NCBI GenBank assembly: GCA_026396615.1
Contig: JAPLWK010000008.1
Location: 9,096 to 73,095, forward strand
DNA length: 64,000 bases
Direction of reading: 5' to 3'
DNA from: a candidate division WWE3 bacterium
Lineage (GTDB): Bacteria > Patescibacteriota > WWE3 > JAPLWK01
Part shown: positions 57,652 to 64,000 of the stretch, piece by piece
How positions within the stretch are numbered: position 1 is the first letter of the stretch
Layout of the letters: every line of letters begins with the position of its first letter
Position numbers and translations under genes: made by a program
Notes under the pieces: model-generated
What the model was told of the DNA's origin: nothing
What the model saw: the letters and a program-made list of their open reading frames with translations, nothing else
Database searches by the model: none

Positions 57652-58041
57652 TTGGGACTTAAGGGGGTGATATATGTGAAAAAACAAAGAGGTAAATTTT
57701 TAACCTTTATGCTGGTGTTAGCAGCTTTAGGCATTATTCAAACTCCTTATTACTTAATAAATACTAACGCCCTCCAATTGGCTTACGGCAATGTTCCTTC
57801 GTGGTATCCGATATATGCGGTACTAGGTCTGGGACTTGGCATCGGAATGATAATTGGAATGTGGCAACTAAAAAAATGGGCCGTGTACTTGCTAGTTGCA
57901 TCTACTACACTGACCTTCTTGTCACAGTTATTTATACTAAAGCCAGCTCAACAGTTTGCAGGTGTCACATATGCGATGACCATAGTATCGGCTGGTTTGT
58001 GGTTTTGGGCAATATCACGGAAGTGGGCTTCTTTTGATTAG
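57652..58041 (+). CDS. Hypothetical small membrane protein (four transmembrane segments)
   Basis: Hydrophobic helices. Confidence 0.4.
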   Translation: MGLKGVIYVKKQRGKFLTFMLVLAALGIIQTPYYLINTNALQLAYGNVPSWYPIYAVLGLGLGIGMIIGMWQLKKWAVYLLVASTTLTFLSQLFILKPAQQFAGVTYAMTIVSAGLWFWAISRKWASFD

Positions 58042-58205
58042 TTTCTAATGTATGCTCCCTCTACCAGTATGGCACGGAGCATATTTAGTTAACCGTCTCT
58101 TTACAAAGATTATTGATTTGCTAACATTCTAGTATGAGTGGAGCAGCAGCAGGAGCCGCTGCGGCAGCAGCTGCGGCCGCTAGGATGCGGCAAGAGGAAG
58201 AAGAA

Positions 58206-58541
58206 ATGACAACTTACACACCAGAAGACCTTAACAATGGTTGGGAGTTCAAGATACTGAGAGCCAATAGAATTGGCGGCTTTAAGGACCCGCTGGTTCT
58301 TAAAAAAGCTCTTGATGAAGAAGCACAAACAGGCTGGCAACTTGTAGAGAAGTTTGACGACTACCGCTTGCGGTTAAAAAGGAAGATAAGCGAACGCAGT
58401 AAGGACTCTCAGGCAACTAGTGACCCCTACAGAACAATCTACGGAATGTCTACCGCAGCTATGTTTTGGTTAGTTATGGGTGGTACATTGGGATTTACTG
58501 CCTTAATTATTTTGATAGCCTTTGCTGCCTCTGGTACATAA
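58206..58541 (+). CDS. DUF4177-like protein with a C-terminal transmembrane segment
   Basis: WEFKILRANRIGGF...GWQLVEKFDD pattern. The upstream GCN-repeat (poly-Ala) part of the track ORF is probably not translated. Confidence 0.45.
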   Translation: MTTYTPEDLNNGWEFKILRANRIGGFKDPLVLKKALDEEAQTGWQLVEKFDDYRLRLKRKISERSKDSQATSDPYRTIYGMSTAAMFWLVMGGTLGFTALIILIAFAASGT

Positions 58542-58800
58542 CCTAACCGTACTAACTATTTATCACATAAACCCTACATTAAATGTCTTACTTTCTTCAA
58601 ATCAGGCTAAGTGGTCAATAACGCCAGCGTATACAGTTTGGATATTTTGAAGCGTAAAACCGTACTCTAACTCTTGGTTGCAGAATAGGTATTTTAAGGG
58701 GAGCCACTAAACTCTAGTATTTCCTTGTTATTAAAGCCCAAACTCAATCCGTACATCTACTTGACAGATGTACAGTTAAACATGTATTATCCATACATCT

Positions 58801-59940
58801 ATGAAAGTAGGAACCTTTATAACACAGCCTGGAGGATTTAAGGCGTTCGTTCCGGAACTCTTTCCTCCACAGGAAGAGGTACCTATGGATATTGGGCTGA
58901 TTAATCTTTTAAACAAAGCTACTCATAGTTTAGGAAAGTTGGACGGTATAACACAAACGTTACCTAATCTCTCATTCTTTATTTTTATGTATGTGAGAAA
59001 AGAGGCGGCGTTGTCCAGTGAGATAGAAGGGACTAGAGCAACGATGATAGATTCTATTAAAGCTGAATTAGAGGAATCAACCGACTTGCCTGATGACGTA
59101 GACGACATATTTCATTATATAAAGGCGATGGACTATGGTTTACAAGCTCTCAGTGATTTACCCTTGTCATTACGGTTAATAAAGGATGTACATAGAGTGC
59201 TGCTTACAGGAGGAAGGCATTCTCAACCTGCTACTCCTGGGGAGTTTAGAAAATCTCAGAATTGGATTGGTGGCGCTACCCCGGATAGTGCAAAATTTGT
59301 TCCGCCCCCTGTTCACGAAATGTTGCGTTCTTTGGGGGAGTTGGAGCTATTCTTAAAAAACGAGGATGGTCCTATACCATCGCTAATTAAGATAGGCTTG
59401 GCTCACGCTCAATTTGAGACAATACATCCTTTTAGAGATGGTAACGGTAGAACTGGTAGACTGCTAGTAACCTTTTACCTATGCGAGCAAGGCGCTTTGG
59501 AGAAACCAGTTCTCTACTTGTCTGAGTTTTTTAAGAAAAACAGAGATTTATATTTTGATTTGCTGAATAATTATCACAACAAAGGAGAAGTTTTACCGTG
59601 GCTTACCTTTTTTCTTGAGGGGGTAACTTCTGTAGCAGAGGCTGCTATTAAAACTTCAAAGAAAATAGATGCTTTGAGGAATAAAGATATAGAGAGAATT
59701 CAGTCCTTCGGTGGCAAATCTACTAAACCTGTTATGGCGGTGCTGAATAAGTTATACGAACTTCCTATTGTGAATGTCTCCAAAGTACAAGAGTGGGCAG
59801 GCTTTTCCTCTCGTTCCAGTGCTAATGAATTAGTGGACAAGTTGGTAAAAGTGGGAATTTTAAAGCAACGAGACGAAAGTAAAGATTATGCTAGAACATT
59901 CGCTTACCAGGAATATCTGGATGCTTTTGCAACCGAGTAA
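58801..59940 (+). CDS. Fic/Doc family protein (second paralog)
   Basis: Fic motif HPFRDGNGRTGRLL; same architecture as 33051..34127. Confidence 0.85.
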   Translation: MKVGTFITQPGGFKAFVPELFPPQEEVPMDIGLINLLNKATHSLGKLDGITQTLPNLSFFIFMYVRKEAALSSEIEGTRATMIDSIKAELEESTDLPDDVDDIFHYIKAMDYGLQALSDLPLSLRLIKDVHRVLLTGGRHSQPATPGEFRKSQNWIGGATPDSAKFVPPPVHEMLRSLGELELFLKNEDGPIPSLIKIGLAHAQFETIHPFRDGNGRTGRLLVTFYLCEQGALEKPVLYLSEFFKKNRDLYFDLLNNYHNKGEVLPWLTFFLEGVTSVAEAAIKTSKKIDALRNKDIERIQSFGGKSTKPVMAVLNKLYELPIVNVSKVQEWAGFSSRSSANELVDKLVKVGILKQRDESKDYARTFAYQEYLDAFATE

Positions 59941-60289
59941 CTTAATTCCCTTTTTTAGTTGGAATAAACACTTACATTTTTATAGTATAACTACTTCAGC
60001 ATACTCCTGAAGGTGTTGGAAGTAATAATTTACAACATAGTTTGCAAGGGCGAGCCATCATTCGATCAAAAATCACTCTTAAAACGTCGAGCTGGCTCAA
60101 AACGCCTCCCGAAGTTAGAAAGTTGGATGGCGCTATCTTTGCTGACCGTCTTTACGACCGGGTCTTTATCTTCCGTAACAGCGCCGATTCTTATAAATGT
60201 CTCATTTACATAGACCGAACACCTTCTTAAGATTTAAAAATGTGAGGTATATACTAAGGATCAAGAGGCTTTCGCGGATCCTTAAAGGT

Positions 60290-61015
60290 TTAATTTGAGC
60301 TAACTTGCTTCTTTTTCTTCTTCTCTACATACATCGCCGCGTCGGCTTGATGAACTAGATCTGCTAAAGTACAGGGATGATCGGGATCAAATACGGTTAC
60401 TCCAATACTCATAGATAACTTATATTTTAATGTTACTTCTTCGGTAAGACTGGCTATTCGGGAAAGTATGACGGCGGTTCCACTCGATTTACCAAGTGTT
60501 AAGATAGCAAATTCGTCACCACCTAGGCGTGCCACTATATCGGATCCTCTAAATGTTTTCTTTAAAACTGCAGCAGCCGCTTGAATGGCTTCATCACCAA
60601 TCCGGTGACCAAAGGTATCGTTAATTAATTTTAAGTTGTCTAAATCTACAAAAAATAATTCTAAATTTTCCTTAGCCCGGATCGCGTATTTAAGTTGCTG
60701 TTCCGCTAAAATATTAAAGCCCCGCCGATTAGTTAGACCGGTTAAATGATCAATTATTGAAAGGTTTTCTAAACTAACTAGATCACGTCTAATCGGCCGC
60801 ACAATCAATAAATAAAACAGTGGCACCATCAGTATCGCAGTGGCCACACTACTGACTGACATATGCACAAAAGTATTTGGAGAATCAGGCATTACCTGTA
60901 ATAACAGAAATAGTGACAAATTTAGAATAATTACAGCCGCCAAAACAATTAACGAAATTCTAATAAATAATTTAACGCTATTTTTAGTTAGGGGCATAAT
61001 ATAAGGATCTGACAT
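60290..61015 (-). CDS. Membrane-anchored GGDEF diguanylate cyclase
   Basis: RLGGDEF active-site motif; two N-terminal transmembrane helices. Confidence 0.8.
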   Translation of the reverse strand: MSDPYIMPLTKNSVKLFIRISLIVLAAVIILNLSLFLLLQVMPDSPNTFVHMSVSSVATAILMVPLFYLLIVRPIRRDLVSLENLSIIDHLTGLTNRRGFNILAEQQLKYAIRAKENLELFFVDLDNLKLINDTFGHRIGDEAIQAAAAVLKKTFRGSDIVARLGGDEFAILTLGKSSGTAVILSRIASLTEEVTLKYKLSMSIGVTVFDPDHPCTLADLVHQADAAMYVEKKKKKQVSSN

Positions 61016-61061
61016 ATAAATGTTTGACCAGCTTCAATGATCATCGTAGACTAACAGGGAA

Positions 61062-61487
61062 GTGGTGAAAGTTATACAAGCGAATAAAAATTACAGTTGG
61101 TACGCTAAACTTAAAAAGCCCGCCTGGGCCCCACCGTCTTGGCTATTTGGGCCAGTGTGGTCGGTACTATACTTAATTATAGCGGTTACCTTCGGCTTTG
61201 TCTTTTTTAAAGCCTGGCAAGGGCAACTGCCGCGATTTATCGTTATTTCTTTTATTATCAATTTAATTAGTAACCTTATTTTTACTCCGCTACAGTTTGG
61301 ACTGCGCAATAATTTGGCCGCCGCTATAGACATTTTTATAGTGTTATTAAGTTTAGTAGTGAGCCTCAGTTTTATCTACCCCTTTATTCCCCTAATTGCC
61401 TGGTTACTCATTCCCTATCTACTCTGGGTCTCCTTCGCCACAGTTCTTCAGTTGACCGTCACCTATTTAAATTATGGCCAAAAATAA
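61062..61487 (+). CDS. tspO: TspO/MBR family tryptophan-rich sensory protein
   Basis: KKPAWAPPSWLFGPVWSVLY signature; five transmembrane helices. Confidence 0.7.
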   Translation: MVKVIQANKNYSWYAKLKKPAWAPPSWLFGPVWSVLYLIIAVTFGFVFFKAWQGQLPRFIVISFIINLISNLIFTPLQFGLRNNLAAAIDIFIVLLSLVVSLSFIYPFIPLIAWLLIPYLLWVSFATVLQLTVTYLNYGQK

Positions 61488-61607
61488 TATTGACAAAACA
61501 AGCAAATTAAAAAGGATTAAAGAAATTAGGCTTGAAATTGTTAAAATAATGGCTCAGATTGATGAGAAATCAGCCGCCGAAATCATAAAGCAACTGCGTA
61601 AAAACTT

Positions 61608-63656
61608 ATGAGCCTCGAAAGTCACAGTGATAATGCAAACGACATTTCTCAGTCAACCGAAGGCCTACCGGATTCCAAGCAGCCCGAGTCAATTAGTATC
61701 CCCTCTTCCAAAACCGAAGATCAGAACGAAATTATTATCCCCACCATCGAAATTGAAACTGGCGAAAAGTTAACTGTAGCGGAACTAGACTTCCAAACCA
61801 CTCAAACAACTAGCCGAGCTGTTTCTGAGGTGGAGGCTACCACAACGTTTGGCCAGGAAAAATCGGCCGAAATTGTTAAGCAGGGCGGTGACCCAACTGT
61901 CGTCGCACCAGAGTTACATAGATTAGAGGAGTTACACCAGGAATTAGCGGATTTAACCATCGAAACACCAGCCACAACTGAATTTAGAACTAAAGTCGGA
62001 GGTAACAAAACCGATGAGATTGAGATTAAGTTAGCAACGGCGGAAGATTTACAAATAGTTGAGCGGGCTGCTTGGATTACCTACACCGCAGAAAGAGCCC
62101 ACAGTTTAGCCGAGGTTAAAAGCCTAAGCGCCCAGGTTCAAGAGATCGCCAAGCAGGATTTCGAAGATGACAATATTTATGACGCTGCCACAGCCGTGGT
62201 GATGCAAGAAGCTCAGTTTATTGCTGCTGCTACCCCATTGACGATTGAAAATGGAGCCACAATTTCTGGTCAAAAACCAGTCAACATTGAGGTATCTAAT
62301 CCTAACGAAACTTTACCAACTCGCCCCACAACTGAAGAGTTAGCGGCCGCTTGGGAACAGATTGACCATACCACTCGCGGAAAACTAGGTGAAGTATTAG
62401 CGTACTTGCAAGATTATGAAGCTGTAGCCACCAACCATTTTGAACCTTACCAAGTAGGCATGCCGGATAGTCGGAGACGCGAGTTGGGACGAAAGTCGTG
62501 GTTTGAAGAAGGGTCTTCAAATCAAATAAAACCAAATTTAGAAAGTAGTTCAAGTGGAATCGTAGCTGAAGTAAAGATAAGCAATCACGAAATTAACTTT
62601 GAAACCGTTAGTCAACATCTTGAAAGTAGCACAACTTACAGTGGCCCAGAAGACAAAAAAGCCTCTAGGCAACTTGAAGCTACCTTAACACTCATGAATA
62701 TGAGCGCACAGGAAAATATAAAGGCAGCGGGGGATTTAATAGCTCAACAAATAGAACTATTTGAAAATAGTTACGGTAACGAGGGGGTAATAGTTTATTT
62801 TAGTGAGGGAGGCGAAGTGCAATCAGCGACTGTTTTTAGCGTTAACAACGAGGTTAATACTCGCCTCAGACTACAGGTAAATAGTTTGTATTTTAATAAT
62901 TCTCCAATTGAAGAACGAGAGCTAGTGCTAATTCACGAGTCCGGACATTTAGCGGATCTTCTAGAAGGAGCAAATGACGAAACCAGTACTGAGTACCACA
63001 TCTTATTGGAAACACGGGCTTTTTATGAAGAGTTAAAAGCATACTCAGATTTACGAAGTAACACCTTTCAAGATGTAAATAGAAATCGAGCGTTAGAATT
63101 AACAGAGCAACTCGGAGGTCTGCAGAATGTCTGCAATATACTAGGCAAATACCATGTTCTTTATCCAGAAGCTAACTTTAGTGAACTCATTAAATTAATG
63201 GAGTCTATCGAGTTAAAACAAAAAAAAGCTGACACTACAGCAACTAATCAATTAGCGTTAAATGATGCCGATGCCGCTAAATATTTTGCTACCTTACCTG
63301 TAGCAACCCCAGCAGAAAATAGCCTAACCATAAGTGTAAACGAAGCTAGTCTCAGTAAAGCCCCGGAAGACGCGACACTACCGCAAAGGCTTTTATCGCA
63401 AGTAGAAATTACCACCGCAGAATTACTGGAACTTAAAGGTAACGAAGCAGTATTTAATTTTATTCGTCGCCTAACCCCGCTTCTACCCACAGACAGTCCC
63501 GAAAGAAACGCTTTAATAAAAAAGGCGCAGTATTTAGATTACTTATTTCATGGTGGAATCGAGTCATATGTTACCAAGAATCCAGGAGAAACAAAGATCG
63601 GGTTAATTCCGCCGGAAGATTTTAACCCCGAGGAAAGTTGGAAATTTACTTATTGA
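61608..63656 (+). CDS. Large acidic hypothetical protein (682 aa) with an HExxH motif
   Basis: LVLIHESGHLADLLEG (possible zincin-like metallopeptidase motif); no signal peptide. Confidence 0.45.
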   Translation: MSLESHSDNANDISQSTEGLPDSKQPESISIPSSKTEDQNEIIIPTIEIETGEKLTVAELDFQTTQTTSRAVSEVEATTTFGQEKSAEIVKQGGDPTVVAPELHRLEELHQELADLTIETPATTEFRTKVGGNKTDEIEIKLATAEDLQIVERAAWITYTAERAHSLAEVKSLSAQVQEIAKQDFEDDNIYDAATAVVMQEAQFIAAATPLTIENGATISGQKPVNIEVSNPNETLPTRPTTEELAAAWEQIDHTTRGKLGEVLAYLQDYEAVATNHFEPYQVGMPDSRRRELGRKSWFEEGSSNQIKPNLESSSSGIVAEVKISNHEINFETVSQHLESSTTYSGPEDKKASRQLEATLTLMNMSAQENIKAAGDLIAQQIELFENSYGNEGVIVYFSEGGEVQSATVFSVNNEVNTRLRLQVNSLYFNNSPIEERELVLIHESGHLADLLEGANDETSTEYHILLETRAFYEELKAYSDLRSNTFQDVNRNRALELTEQLGGLQNVCNILGKYHVLYPEANFSELIKLMESIELKQKKADTTATNQLALNDADAAKYFATLPVATPAENSLTISVNEASLSKAPEDATLPQRLLSQVEITTAELLELKGNEAVFNFIRRLTPLLPTDSPERNALIKKAQYLDYLFHGGIESYVTKNPGETKIGLIPPEDFNPEESWKFTY

Positions 63657-63952
63657 TGTATTACGTTTACGCCTTGTATAACTCTAAACATCAGCGCCGC
63701 TATGTGGGCCAAACTAGTAACTTGGCTAAAAGATTAGCCGCACACAACACTCACTCAAGCGAAGGTGCCAAAAGTACCGCCGCTTTTGACGGGTCTTGGC
63801 AGCTTATTTATCAGGAAGCGGTAGCTACTAAATCAGAAGCCTTAAAAAGAGAGCATTACTTAAAGACTTATCAAGGGCGAAAATTAATCACGGCAGAGTT
63901 ATATCGGTGGTTGCTGGGCCGCGAAGCACCCGACCATCCGCAGAAAATTTAG
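63656..63952 (+). CDS. GIY-YIG domain nuclease (small, UPF0213-like)
   Basis: YVYALYN...RYVGQTSNLAKRLAAHN. Confidence 0.65.
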   Translation: MYYVYALYNSKHQRRYVGQTSNLAKRLAAHNTHSSEGAKSTAAFDGSWQLIYQEAVATKSEALKREHYLKTYQGRKLITAELYRWLLGREAPDHPQKI

Positions 63953-64000
63953 AGCCGTGGCAGGGGCAATCCCAAATTTCGGCCTCACTGTTCCAGCGCA

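Noticed and set aside
58134-58205. Poly-Ala N-terminal extension (GCN repeats) of ORF 58134..58541
   Set aside because: Low-complexity GCAGCAGCAGGAGCCGCTGCGGCAGCAGCTGCGGCCGC upstream of a good internal Met. More likely an untranslated GC-rich stem region than coding sequence.

Overview
This window looks like a low-GC (about 42-45%) Candidate Phyla Radiation / Patescibacteria-type genome segment: small genes, unlinked rRNA genes, a 16S rRNA with two homing-endonuclease introns, and near-consensus sigma70 promoters. All calls below come from reading the sequence and the supplied ORF translations; no searches were run.

Main contents:
- rRNA and tRNA: a partial 23S rRNA 5' end (minus strand) with tRNA-Ala(UGC) next to it, but a divergently oriented tRNA-Ile(GAU); a 16S rRNA gene (minus strand, about 3.26 kb) 24 kb away, carrying two insertions that each encode a LAGLIDADG homing endonuclease; eight tRNAs in total, including a candidate tRNA-Ile(UAU).
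- Recognisable genes: GNAT, sortase with LPXTG substrates, two Ddl-like ATP-grasp enzymes, GtrA, GalE-like epimerase, GT2, GT4, RadA, MnmA, two Fic proteins, ATP-dependent DNA ligase, Lgt, DsbA-like, a TrxB-ferredoxin fusion, TrpS, FtsB-like, FtsH, a 5'-3' exonuclease, HNH, SpoVG, GGDEF, TspO and GIY-YIG.
- Candidate defense/accessory island at about 45.6-51.3 kb: small ORFs with duplicated perfect promoters, a GC-rich two-gene module with a 210-nt leader, AbiEi/AbiEii, a tRNA, and a 636-aa protein with a cold-shock domain.
- Repeats: a pervasive family of about 30-36-bp hairpin repeats (GTCATTCCGGGCTTGACCCGGAATCCAGTAA and its partner TTACTGGATTCTGAATCAAGTTCAGAATGAC) occurs at 14 or more loci, often as inverted pairs around AT-rich cores (MITE/REPIN-like). 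Several genes take their start codons, C-termini or stop codons from these repeats. A second repeat, about 95 bp with three GC palindromes, occurs twice.

The most interesting candidates for new biology:
- the GC-rich two-gene module next to AbiE;
- the operon of an atypical eukaryote-like kinase, an unknown 430-aa protein, a PKD-domain protein and an Ala/Pro/Thr-rich protein, with paired 35-bp direct repeats upstream;
- the hairpin MITE family itself.
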